A stretch of 29,576 nucleotides of DNA, from positions 1 to 29,576 of IMG/VR virus record IMGVR_UViG_3300017978_000111; one strand, given 5' to 3'. Origin of the DNA: a virus. Under the pieces are notes generated by a model that saw nothing but the letters and a program-made list of their open reading frames with translations, did not search any database and was not told the origin of the DNA. A program made the position numbers and the translations under genes. Each line of letters opens with the position of its first letter. The first letter of the stretch is position 1. This document shows, piece after piece, positions 17,377 to 25,398 of this stretch.

Positions 17377-20300
17377 ATGAGTCAAATTTTAGTTACAGGC
17401 GAAGCAAAGATTAGGGATATACAAGGTCCAGTAGTGGCTAATAGTGGTGTAATAACCGCTTTAGATGGTGCTGCAAATCAATATGTGAGAGGTGATGGTA
17501 CTTTGGCTATTTTCCCTACTTCAAGTGGTGGTGGTAGCTCGGTTTCTTATTATTTAAACGGAAGTGTCAATCAAGGCACTTTTGGTGGCTCTACTTATTA
17601 CCAAATGAGTAGGAACGCAATAGTAGGTACAGGAACTAACTTTTCAACTTCAAGTGATGGTTTGATTGCTCAATTTATTACGGATGCTAATGACCCAGAT
17701 GTGGTGTCTATTCCGAGTGGTAACTGGAACGTTGAGTTCTTTATGAGTGTAAGTGCATCAAGCGGTGCATTAGCTTCTTTTTATGTTGAGATTTACAAGT
17801 ACAATGGTTCTACTTTTACTTTATTAGCGACCAACGTAGCTACTCCAGAGCAATTAACAAACACAACAACTGTTGACGCTTACTTTACAAGTGTGGCTAT
17901 GCCTTTATCTGCAATGGCGGTTACGGATAGGTTAGCGGTTAGAGTATTCGCAAATGTAGCTTCTAAGACTGTAACTCTTTATACTGAAGATAATAGACTT
18001 TGTCAAATTGTTACTACTTTCTCAAATGGTTTGACTTCTTTAAACAACTTAACTGACCAATCACAATATTTAACCACAGGAACAAGCGGAACTGACTTTA
18101 ATATCGTTTCAAGTGGCGATACGCATACTTTTAACCTACCAAGCGCAAGTGCTTCTAATAGGGGTTTAATAACAACAGGAGCGCAAACAATAGCAGGTGC
18201 TAAAGTATTTGATAATCCTATAACTGCAAATTCTGGTATTGGTTTTTTAAATGATGTAATGCCAAATATTACAAGTAATTTATATACAGGTATTGGTGGA
18301 AATAGTGAAGGTATATCAATAATAACAAGACCTTTTTCAACAAACTATACTAATAATTTATACTTTGGTTTAAATAATAATTCATATACATTTCCAGATG
18401 CAACAGGAACAATCGCTTTAACAAGTGATCTTAGTTCATACGTTCCTTATACAGGAGCAACAGGTTCGGTTAATTTAGGTTTAAATAACTTAACTGCAAA
18501 TAATGTATTTGGAGAAACAAGTTTAAATGTTAAAATATTACCAAGCGGTTCTGTTTTTTCAACAGGATATTCTGTTTTATCTTCTTTAGCTGGTAAATTT
18601 ACAATGGCACAAGAAGCTACTGCTGGTAACTTAAAGGCATTTACTTTTGATTTTTCTGCTTGGGCTACAAATACATCAAGAACATATACTCTACCAGACC
18701 TATCAGGTACTTTAGCACTTTTAGAAGGAAGCCAGACATTTACAGGGGTAAAGACATTTAGTGAAAATCCTATTATAAATGGTACTGGAACAAATAGTGC
18801 TTATACAATATTACAAAGTGCTGGAACAAATAAATGGAGAATAGGAAATAATTACGCTGCTGGTGTAAATACTTTTGACATATTTGCTTACGATAATTCA
18901 TCTACTCCATTATCAATCAATAGTAATGGAGCTATGACTTTGTCTGCAAATGTTACTACAACAGGTGCGCAATTTGTTCAAAATGGATTTTATTTAACAA
19001 ATGCAAATGGCGGTTCTCTTGCAGGTTATACTCATATGTGGGGTGCTGATGATGGAATTAATTTTGGATTAAGAAATGGTACTGGCGGAGCAAGGTTTAT
19101 TTTCCCAAGTGTAAATTCTTATATTTACACATTCCCTGCAAGTTCTGGTACTTTAGCCCTTACAAGCAACCTATCTGCTTACCTACCTTTAACTGGTGGT
19201 ACGCTTACTGGTGCTTTAAGTGGTACAAGTGCTACGTTTACTGCAAATACAAACGGAGTTGTTTTAAATGCTGCAACTGGAACAACTAATACTCAATTTA
19301 AAGTAGCCAATACAAGTGGTGATAATTATTTTGGAGTAGCAGCAAGTGATGGTAGTTCATTATTTACGGGTACAACTGCTTATTCTGCATATTTAGGTAC
19401 TAATAATGCAAGGTCATTACATTTAGTTACAAATGGCACTGTTAGGCAAACAATAGATTCTACTGGTGCTGCTACATTCTCAAGTAGTGTAACTGCAGGA
19501 AATGTTTTTAACTCTTTTAGCGGTACTAATGCAGGTTTTGAATTTGGAAATAGTGGTAGTAGTGGTCAATTTGGATTTCTTAAATGGGATAACGCAAGTA
19601 ATTATTTATACTTAGGTCATACTTATGGTGGCGCATATAATAGAAACCTAGTTATCACAAGCGGTGGTAACGTTGGAATCGGAACGAGTAGTCCTGCAAC
19701 AACATTAACTGTATATAAAACAAGGTTATCTTCTTTTTTAACACAAACGCCTAATCATTTATATTTACAAAGTCAAGGATATGACGGAAGCGGTTATAAT
19801 ACTATTGATTTTGGTTCTACTTCTTACGGTGTGCCATTAGCAAGAATAGCAGTTGGATTATTTGGAGATGGTAGTACTATGTCATTTGGTACTTCTAATT
19901 CCTATGCTACAGGTATTACCAATCAAGCAATGACAATCACATCGGGGGGTGATGTATTAGTTGGTACAACAAGTAATGGTAATTCTTCTAAACTTGTTCT
20001 TTTTGGTGGCGCATCTGCTAATACTTTAGAGTGCGTTCATACAGGAACAGCAGATACTTTTAATCTTATTTTTACAAATGGTAATGGATTAGTAGGTTCT
20101 ATAAGAACAAGTGGTAGTTCAACTTCATATTATACAACTTCTGATTATAGATTAAAGAATGACTTAAAAGATTACAATGGTTTAGAGTTAATATCTAAAA
20201 TTAAAACTTACGATTTTGCTTGGAATGTTGATAATAGTAGAAACTATGGTGTAATGGCTCACGAACTTCAAGAAGTAATACCTTATGCAGTTGGTGGTCA

Positions 20301-20409
20301 AAAAGATGCAGAACAAATGCAAGGTGTTGACTATTCTAAAATAGTGCCTATATTAGTTAAAAGCATACAAGAATTAGAAGCAAGAATTAAACAATTAGAA
20401 AATAAATAA
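17377..20409 (+). CDS. tail fibre with a C-terminal S74 intramolecular chaperone domain
   Basis: C-terminus SDYRLKNDLKDYNGLELISKIKTYDFAWN...YGVMAHELQEVIPYAV...VDYSKIVPILVKSIQELEARIKQLE (20140..20409) matches the auto-cleaving chaperone of endosialidase-type fibres. Ser/Thr/Gly/Asn-rich body with internal repeats. Confidence 0.85.
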   Translation: MSQILVTGEAKIRDIQGPVVANSGVITALDGAANQYVRGDGTLAIFPTSSGGGSSVSYYLNGSVNQGTFGGSTYYQMSRNAIVGTGTNFSTSSDGLIAQFITDANDPDVVSIPSGNWNVEFFMSVSASSGALASFYVEIYKYNGSTFTLLATNVATPEQLTNTTTVDAYFTSVAMPLSAMAVTDRLAVRVFANVASKTVTLYTEDNRLCQIVTTFSNGLTSLNNLTDQSQYLTTGTSGTDFNIVSSGDTHTFNLPSASASNRGLITTGAQTIAGAKVFDNPITANSGIGFLNDVMPNITSNLYTGIGGNSEGISIITRPFSTNYTNNLYFGLNNNSYTFPDATGTIALTSDLSSYVPYTGATGSVNLGLNNLTANNVFGETSLNVKILPSGSVFSTGYSVLSSLAGKFTMAQEATAGNLKAFTFDFSAWATNTSRTYTLPDLSGTLALLEGSQTFTGVKTFSENPIINGTGTNSAYTILQSAGTNKWRIGNNYAAGVNTFDIFAYDNSSTPLSINSNGAMTLSANVTTTGAQFVQNGFYLTNANGGSLAGYTHMWGADDGINFGLRNGTGGARFIFPSVNSYIYTFPASSGTLALTSNLSAYLPLTGGTLTGALSGTSATFTANTNGVVLNAATGTTNTQFKVANTSGDNYFGVAASDGSSLFTGTTAYSAYLGTNNARSLHLVTNGTVRQTIDSTGAATFSSSVTAGNVFNSFSGTNAGFEFGNSGSSGQFGFLKWDNASNYLYLGHTYGGAYNRNLVITSGGNVGIGTSSPATTLTVYKTRLSSFLTQTPNHLYLQSQGYDGSGYNTIDFGSTSYGVPLARIAVGLFGDGSTMSFGTSNSYATGITNQAMTITSGGDVLVGTTSNGNSSKLVLFGGASANTLECVHTGTADTFNLIFTNGNGLVGSIRTSGSSTSYYTTSDYRLKNDLKDYNGLELISKIKTYDFAWNVDNSRNYGVMAHELQEVIPYAVGGQKDAEQMQGVDYSKIVPILVKSIQELEARIKQLENK

Positions 20410-20410
20410 T

Positions 20411-20737
20411 ATGAAATATTGGTACATTAATCAATTAGACTGCGTTCCACAAGATGGAAATTTAACTGACTTTGTTGTTGTCGCACATTGGAATCGTAAC
20501 GCTAAAGAAACAATTAACGGAATAGAATACTTTGCTTCGGTCTATGGTTCTCAATCATTCTCAAAGGATGATGTTTCTAACTTTATCCCTTACGAGGACT
20601 TAACCTATGACATTGTTTGTGGTTGGTTGGATGCTTCAATAGATGTTGCTGCTTTAGACCTTAATTTAGATGCTCAAATAGAGAATCAAGTTAATCCACC
20701 TATTGTGGTACTTCCACTCCCATTTTCTAACCCATAG
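20411..20737 (+). CDS. hypothetical protein (108 aa) downstream of the fibre
   Basis: Track ORF, tightly packed after the fibre gene. No motif recognised. Confidence 0.55.
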   Translation: MKYWYINQLDCVPQDGNLTDFVVVAHWNRNAKETINGIEYFASVYGSQSFSKDDVSNFIPYEDLTYDIVCGWLDASIDVAALDLNLDAQIENQVNPPIVVLPLPFSNP

Positions 20738-20756
20738 GAAATTTAAAGTATTTAAC

Positions 20757-20764
20757 TATATTTG
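20757..20764 (+). promoter_or_regulatory. TAnnTTTG motif ahead of the lysis cassette
   Basis: TATATTTG, 17 nt before ATG 20782. Confidence 0.3.
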
Positions 20765-20781
20765 TATATAAAATTAAAACT

Positions 20782-20925
20782 ATGATACAATTAACAACAG
20801 AGCAAATCAAAGAATTAGAAGCCTATTTAATGGAAATCCCAGCAAAGTTTGCTAATCCAATTTTAGGTTATTTGGGCAAAATTGCACAAGAACAAAATCC
20901 ACCACAAGAATCAACTGAAGCGTAA
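20782..20925 (+). CDS. hypothetical small protein (47 aa, not in the track)
   Basis: MIQLTTEQIKELEAYLMEIPAKFANPILGYLGKIAQEQNPPQESTEA. TAATG overlap with the next ORF. Confidence 0.45.
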   Translation: MIQLTTEQIKELEAYLMEIPAKFANPILGYLGKIAQEQNPPQESTEA

Positions 20926-21098
20926 TGGTACATAATAGCAATCAATCGGACTTATTAACTATTGTTAGCGGAACATCCGCATTTATTAGTGTTGCAAATG
21001 TGCAGCCCATAGTTTCTTTAATAGCGAGTTTGATTGCTATTGTTTCTGGTATTTTAGCAGCGAGATATTACATTAAAGCTACTAAAAGATTTAAGTAA
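20925..21098 (+). CDS. holin-like membrane protein (57 aa, not in the track)
   Basis: Two hydrophobic stretches (LLTIVSGTSAFISVA, IVSLIASLIAIVSGILAA) and a basic tail (RYYIKATKRFK). TAATG overlaps at both ends. Confidence 0.45.
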   Translation: MVHNSNQSDLLTIVSGTSAFISVANVQPIVSLIASLIAIVSGILAARYYIKATKRFK

Positions 21099-21631
21099 TG
21101 AAAGAGATAGTAATCGTTCTATTAACGGCGGTTCTAATCTTTTTTGTCGCAAGTGATGCACGATACACCAAAAGTGAACCTGTAATCTTAACAGATACAG
21201 TTTACCAAGAGAAAACTTTTACTAAGTTTATAAAGGGAAATTCAATCCCTTTTGTAGTTTTAGACACAATTTACATAGTTGAAACGGACACAATTACAAT
21301 CGTAAAGGATTATAACCAAGTAAAGGTTTATTCCGATACTATGCGCATAGACTCTTTAGGATACGCATACATACAAGACACAATCAGTCAAAACAAGATA
21401 CAAGGCAGAGGTTTTAGTGCCAATTTTAACTTACCTACGATAACAATTACCAAGTTAATAGAGCAAAAGTCAAAGAACCAGCTTTATTTGGGGTTTATAG
21501 GCGATTTAAAGCATTCTAACGGACAAATTGGTGTTGGCGGTTCAATTGCGCTTAAAACGGCTAAAAATACCTTATATACGGCAACGGCAACAATGAACGG
21601 ATATTCTTTCGGTTACTATAAAAAGTTTTAA
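21098..21631 (+). CDS. N-terminally membrane-anchored protein in the lysis cassette (possible spanin analogue)
   Basis: MKEIVIVLLTAVLIFFVAS anchor or signal. Beta-rich body ending in ...GYSFGYYKKF (aromatic C-terminus). Confidence 0.4.
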   Translation: MKEIVIVLLTAVLIFFVASDARYTKSEPVILTDTVYQEKTFTKFIKGNSIPFVVLDTIYIVETDTITIVKDYNQVKVYSDTMRIDSLGYAYIQDTISQNKIQGRGFSANFNLPTITITKLIEQKSKNQLYLGFIGDLKHSNGQIGVGGSIALKTAKNTLYTATATMNGYSFGYYKKF

Positions 21632-21632
21632 T

Positions 21633-21827
21633 ATGAAAAAGTTTATTATTTCAATGTTTAGTGATGAAGTTGGTGCTATGAGCCACAAAAGGATTTTAGC
21701 TTTCATAGGTGCTATTTGTCTTTATCTAACTTTTATGATTAGTAAAGATGACCATTTAGGGGATTTGGTATTTTATATGACTATGGCATTTGCAGGATTA
21801 ACAACTATTGATAAATTCAGTAAATAA
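21633..21827 (+). CDS. holin-like membrane protein (64 aa)
   Basis: Two predicted transmembrane segments (ILAFIGAICLYLTFMI, LVFYMTMAFAGLTTI). Lies upstream of the endolysin. Confidence 0.45.
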   Translation: MKKFIISMFSDEVGAMSHKRILAFIGAICLYLTFMISKDDHLGDLVFYMTMAFAGLTTIDKFSK

Positions 21828-21913
21828 TGGAAAACAACGAAAAAAGAGCATTTGCAATTGGTTTTGTATTGTGGGTAATTGGATTAGTTTACTTCATAAA
21901 TCAAGTAATATGA
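21827..21913 (+). CDS. 28-aa single-transmembrane micro-protein (not in the track)
   Basis: MENNEKRAFAIGFVLWVIGLVYFINQVI. TAATG overlap upstream (21825..21829) and ATGA overlap with the endolysin start (21910..21913). Confidence 0.4.
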   Translation: MENNEKRAFAIGFVLWVIGLVYFINQVI

Positions 21914-22512
21914 TATCCAAGAAGGCAATTGAAATGATAATTAAGCACGAGGTTGGAGGACGCGCCGTGTATGAAAAAAGATACCAAAAGCCTATTTGGG
22001 CTGGAGGCGATTCGGGCTGCACAATTGGTCTCGGCTACGATTTGGGTTATGTAACCGAAAAGCAGTTCTTTAGCGACTGGCAAGGCTTAAATTTAAACTT
22101 TATTAATGCGTTAAGAAAAGTGGTAGGGATAAAAGGTGAAGCCGTTAAATCAATGATGCGTGGCGAAATACTACAAGTTAGAATTCCATACAATTTTGCA
22201 TACGATGTGTTCGTTAATAAGTCGCTACCTAAGTATTATGCTTTGACAAAGGCTATTTATCCAGAACTTGACACTTTAAACGAGGACACAAGAGGTGCGT
22301 TGGTTTCAATGATTTATAACAGGGGTAATAAATTAAATGGCGATAGGCGAAAGGAAATGAGGGCAATTGTTGACCTTGTAGCAAAAAAAGACTACGAAGG
22401 CATAGCTGACCAAATAGAAAGGTCTAAAAGACTTTGGGAAAATATTTCAATGGATGGGCTTGTCAAAAGGAGGGAGGAAGAGGCTGATTTGATTTTAAAC
22501 TCAATTATTTAA
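21910..22512 (+). CDS. endolysin, lysozyme-like muramidase (T4L/GH24-like inferred)
   Basis: IIKHEVGG...WAGGDSGCTIGLGYDLG (Glu...Asp...Thr-type arrangement) and C-terminal GLVKRREEEADLI. ATG 21910 is preferred over the TTG track start at 21808. Confidence 0.65.
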   Translation: MISKKAIEMIIKHEVGGRAVYEKRYQKPIWAGGDSGCTIGLGYDLGYVTEKQFFSDWQGLNLNFINALRKVVGIKGEAVKSMMRGEILQVRIPYNFAYDVFVNKSLPKYYALTKAIYPELDTLNEDTRGALVSMIYNRGNKLNGDRRKEMRAIVDLVAKKDYEGIADQIERSKRLWENISMDGLVKRREEEADLILNSII

Positions 22513-22513
22513 T

Positions 22514-23140
22514 ATGGCATACGTTTATAGACATATTAGGCTTGATAAAAACGAACCCTTTTATATTGGAATAGGTAGTGATAATTCATATAAAAGAGCA
22601 AATGATAGGCACGGCAGAAATAAAATATGGAATGATATTATTACTAAAACAAATTATGAGGTTGAAATACTATGTGATAATATTAGTTGGGAAGAAGCAT
22701 TAAATAAGGAAATAGAATTTATTTCTATATATGGGAGAATTGATAAAAATAATGGGACTTTATCAAATTTAACTGATGGCGGAGAAGGTGTATTAGGTAT
22801 TATACATAGTGAAAAAACTAAGAAAATATTAAGTGAAAGGTTTAAAGGTACAAAACATACAAAAGAAGCAATAGAAAAAATAAGGGAAGCTGGTAAAAGA
22901 CCTTGTAGTGAAGAAACTAAACAAAAAATAAGATTAGCTAATAAAGGTCATATAATTAACAAAGAGCAAATTGAAAAATTAAGATTAGCAAATACGGGTA
23001 AAAAACATACAGACGCCACAAAAGAAAAATTAAGAAAAGCACATACAGGCAAAAAATATTCATTAGAAACTCGTGAAAAAATTAGAAATGTAGTTAAGGA
23101 GATTTGGAGAAAAAGAAAAGAACTAAACTCACTAACCTAA
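22514..23140 (+). CDS. free-standing GIY-YIG homing endonuclease with a tandem NUMOD3 array
   Basis: YVYRH...PFYIGIG...R..H..N (GIY-YIG core), then six ~15-aa repeats of H/C-S/T-x-E-T/A-K-x-K-I/L-R (about 22805..23086). Confidence 0.85.
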   Translation: MAYVYRHIRLDKNEPFYIGIGSDNSYKRANDRHGRNKIWNDIITKTNYEVEILCDNISWEEALNKEIEFISIYGRIDKNNGTLSNLTDGGEGVLGIIHSEKTKKILSERFKGTKHTKEAIEKIREAGKRPCSEETKQKIRLANKGHIINKEQIEKLRLANTGKKHTDATKEKLRKAHTGKKYSLETREKIRNVVKEIWRKRKELNSLT

Positions 23141-23150
23141 AAATAAACCT

Positions 23151-24191
23151 ATGACAACAACAAAAAAGAAAGGCGGAAGCAAAACAACAATGAGTGGACA
23201 GATAGTCTTGGACTATTTAGCCAAATATCCTCAATGGATGCCGTCTAACACTTTAGCTTCTTTGATTATGAAGGAGCAATCAGCACACTTTGACAATCAC
23301 GAAAACGTACGTTATTTGGTACGTTATTACAGGGGTAAGACAGGTGAAACAAAAAGTGTAAAAGGAACTAACAAGCAATTTATAGAAGATTTTAAACGTA
23401 CTGCTTCAAACTTTGTGCAGCCACCTACTTGGGTAGAAGAAAAGGTTGTTTATTGTTTACCGATAGGAATAAAGAAGATGGGTTTTATAAGCGACCTACA
23501 AGTGCCATTTCACGACCCTAAAGCTATTGAGGTTTGCTTTAAATACTTACAGGAACAAAAGATTGATTCATTATTTATCAATGGCGATTTGGTTGACTTT
23601 TACCAATTGAGTGATTTCCAAAAAGACCCAAGAGTAAGAAAGTTTGATGAGGAATACGAGGCAATAATTGAAATGCTTGGATTTATAAGAGCAAGTTTTC
23701 CTTTGATTCCTATTTACTACAACTTAGATGCAAATCACGAATTTAGGTATGAAAGATATATGCGAACCAAAGCACCAGAATTGTTAGGGTTAAGCGGTAA
23801 GTTTGACATTGAGGAAATCTTAATGCTAAATACTTTTAACATTATTCCAATTAAAAATATAGACCATGTTAAGTTCGGCAAGTTACCTATCATTCACGGC
23901 GATACTACATTTAGAAGGGGAAGCGGTGTAAATCCAGCAAAGACTTTATATGATAGGGTTAAGCAGTCGGCAATAGCTTCGCACGTTCACCAAGTACAAT
24001 CTTACACAACAAAGAATCAATTTGATGAGGAAGTATTTACTTGCTGGACAACGGGCCACCTTATGCATAGCAACGTGGAATATTGTAAGCACGTTGATAA
24101 TTACTCACAAGGGTTTGCGATTTTAGAAAAAGATGTTGAAGGTTACTACTCAGTGCAAAATAAAAGAATCTATAAAAACAAAATTTTCTAA
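23151..24191 (+). CDS. calcineurin-like metallophosphoesterase with an N-terminal ~100-aa extension
   Basis: Ordered motifs DLQVPFHD, INGDLVD, DANHE, IIHGD, ASHVH. The N-terminal region (IVLDYLAKYPQWMPSNTLASLI...) could be a winged helix. Confidence 0.75.
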   Translation: MTTTKKKGGSKTTMSGQIVLDYLAKYPQWMPSNTLASLIMKEQSAHFDNHENVRYLVRYYRGKTGETKSVKGTNKQFIEDFKRTASNFVQPPTWVEEKVVYCLPIGIKKMGFISDLQVPFHDPKAIEVCFKYLQEQKIDSLFINGDLVDFYQLSDFQKDPRVRKFDEEYEAIIEMLGFIRASFPLIPIYYNLDANHEFRYERYMRTKAPELLGLSGKFDIEEILMLNTFNIIPIKNIDHVKFGKLPIIHGDTTFRRGSGVNPAKTLYDRVKQSAIASHVHQVQSYTTKNQFDEEVFTCWTTGHLMHSNVEYCKHVDNYSQGFAILEKDVEGYYSVQNKRIYKNKIF

Positions 24192-24192
24192 T

Positions 24193-24384
24193 ATGAGATA
24201 CCCTAAAAACTTTGCAAAATTGACATCACTACAACAAGAACAATGGTTGGTTGCTAAACTAATTGAGCTTCACGAGTTAGAACAAGACATCAAGTTAACC
24301 TTAGGCAAAATAAGAGGTGGTGAGAAACTTATATTTAAAGAAATAGATAGACCAGATTTAGCTTTATTAAAAGATGAAGATTAA
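24193..24384 (+). CDS. hypothetical small protein (63 aa)
   Basis: In-frame ATG at 24193, just after the upstream stop, is preferred over the track start at 24133. Confidence 0.5.
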   Translation: MRYPKNFAKLTSLQQEQWLVAKLIELHELEQDIKLTLGKIRGGEKLIFKEIDRPDLALLKDED

Positions 24385-24643
24385 AGTTATATATCGCAAA
24401 TTAGGTAGGGAACAGGCTCACGGCATTGCTGAAAGTGATGGTGTTGTTTATATTGACTCACGGCTAAAGGGCAAGAAGCAGCTTGAAATCCTGTTGCACG
24501 AGTGTTTGCATATACTTAATCCAATGGATGACGAAGATGCAATTATTGAGAAAAGCGTAACTTTATGTAAGGTTCTTTGGCAACAAGGATACCGAATGGT
24601 TGATAATTCTAACGATACACCATTGCAAGATGGTTCTAAATAG
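24374..24643 (+). CDS. small HExxH-motif protein (possible minimal Zn-metallopeptidase-like)
   Basis: LEILLHECLHILNP contains HExxH. 89 aa. Last gene before the tandem terminators. Confidence 0.5.
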   Translation: MKIKVIYRKLGREQAHGIAESDGVVYIDSRLKGKKQLEILLHECLHILNPMDDEDAIIEKSVTLCKVLWQQGYRMVDNSNDTPLQDGSK

Positions 24644-24659
24644 TTGTTCGTTCATAGTT

Positions 24660-24687
24660 CCTCACCCCTAAAAAGGTGGGGTTTTTT
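24660..24687 (+). terminator. rho-independent terminator 1 at the end of the late operon
   Basis: cctcacc (24660..24666) pairs with ggtgggg (24675..24681): 7 bp including one G-U, 8-nt loop, T6 at 24682..24687. Confidence 0.7.
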
Positions 24688-24724
24688 ATATATCTTTGGC
24701 TTTCATATTGGAGAACTTAGGTTT

Positions 24725-24758
24725 AGACCCCGATTTATTCTTATTTCGGGGTTTTTTT
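24725..24758 (+). terminator. rho-independent terminator 2 (tandem)
   Basis: accccga (24727..24733) pairs with tcggggt (24746..24752), extendable by 2 bp. 12-nt loop, T7 run to 24758. Confidence 0.7.
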
Positions 24759-24789
24759 ATGTGTCATAAAACGCACTATTTGACACATA
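24758..24789. promoter_or_regulatory. 9-bp perfect inverted repeat (candidate operator)
   Basis: tatgtgtca (24758..24766) and tgacacata (24781..24789), separated by 14 nt. Lies between the late terminators and the early promoter. Confidence 0.4.
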
Positions 24790-24868
24790 TTTATCCCTTA
24801 TAAGTCAAATTGAACCATTTATCCTTATTATTTGCCGTTCATCACATTTTTTTAAAATAATTGGCTTG

Positions 24869-24902
24869 TTTGATAAAGTTATAAGGTTTTACCCTATCTT
24901 TG
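24869..24902 (+). promoter_or_regulatory. candidate Bacteroidota-type early promoter (TTTG ... TAnnTTTG)
   Basis: TTTG at 24869..24872 and TATCTTTG at 24895..24902 (22-nt spacer, slightly long). It is 24 nt upstream of the first early ATG (24927), in the largest non-coding gap. Confidence 0.4.
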
Positions 24903-24926
24903 AATCATAAACCAAAAACAACCAAT

Positions 24927-25055
24927 ATGAACAGACTAAAAACACCACAAGAGAAAGCAAATGAACGCTACAAAGCTGAAAGCATCAAACCGCTTTACGC
25001 ATTTATTATTGTATGCGTGGCATTTTTAATTACCGCAATCCTTCAAAACCTTTAA
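24927..25055 (+). CDS. 42-aa tail-anchored membrane micro-protein (not in the track)
   Basis: MNRLKTPQEKANERYKAESIKPLYAFIIVCVAFLITAILQNL. First ORF after the candidate early promoter. Confidence 0.45.
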   Translation: MNRLKTPQEKANERYKAESIKPLYAFIIVCVAFLITAILQNL

Positions 25056-25058
25056 CTT

Positions 25059-25226
25059 ATGACACCAATTCAATTATTTATTAAGACATTAGAAAACCAA
25101 TTAATTAATATGCCCTCTGGCTATGTAAAAGAAACAGTTGAAGCCTGTTTAAATTTAGCCATAGGAATTAAAGAAAGCTATGAAAACATTAATAACAACA
25201 TTAGTAACGAATCAAATCAAGACTAA
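25059..25226 (+). CDS. hypothetical small protein (55 aa, not in the track)
   Basis: MTPIQLFIKTLENQLINMPSGYVKETVEACLNLAIGIKESYENINNNISNESNQD. Overlaps the next ORF by 47 nt. Confidence 0.4.
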   Translation: MTPIQLFIKTLENQLINMPSGYVKETVEACLNLAIGIKESYENINNNISNESNQD

Positions 25227-25398
25227 TCTGCAAACCGAAGCCGACAACAAAGGCATAACGCTTAGTAAGTTGGTTTATAAAATCCTAAAACAATATGAGC
25301 AAACTAATCTATCAAGAGAAACAACTGAAGTTGCACAAAAGAGCAACAACGCTACTGGAACTGCTAAAACAAGCACAAGGAAGGCAAAATCTATTTGA
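25180..25398 (+). CDS. possible ribbon-helix-helix (Arc/CopG-like) protein
   Basis: NQIKTNLQTEADNKGITLSKLVYKILKQYEQ fits a strand-helix-helix pattern. The low-complexity tail overlaps the next ORF by 104 nt. Confidence 0.4.
   Translation: MKTLITTLVTNQIKTNLQTEADNKGITLSKLVYKILKQYEQTNLSRETTEVAQKSNNATGTAKTSTRKAKSI

Noticed and set aside
24759-24770. TGTGTCATAA read as a DnaA box (TGTGGATAA).
   Set aside because: It needs a 1-nt insertion plus mismatches relative to the consensus. It is better explained as one arm of the 9-bp inverted repeat.
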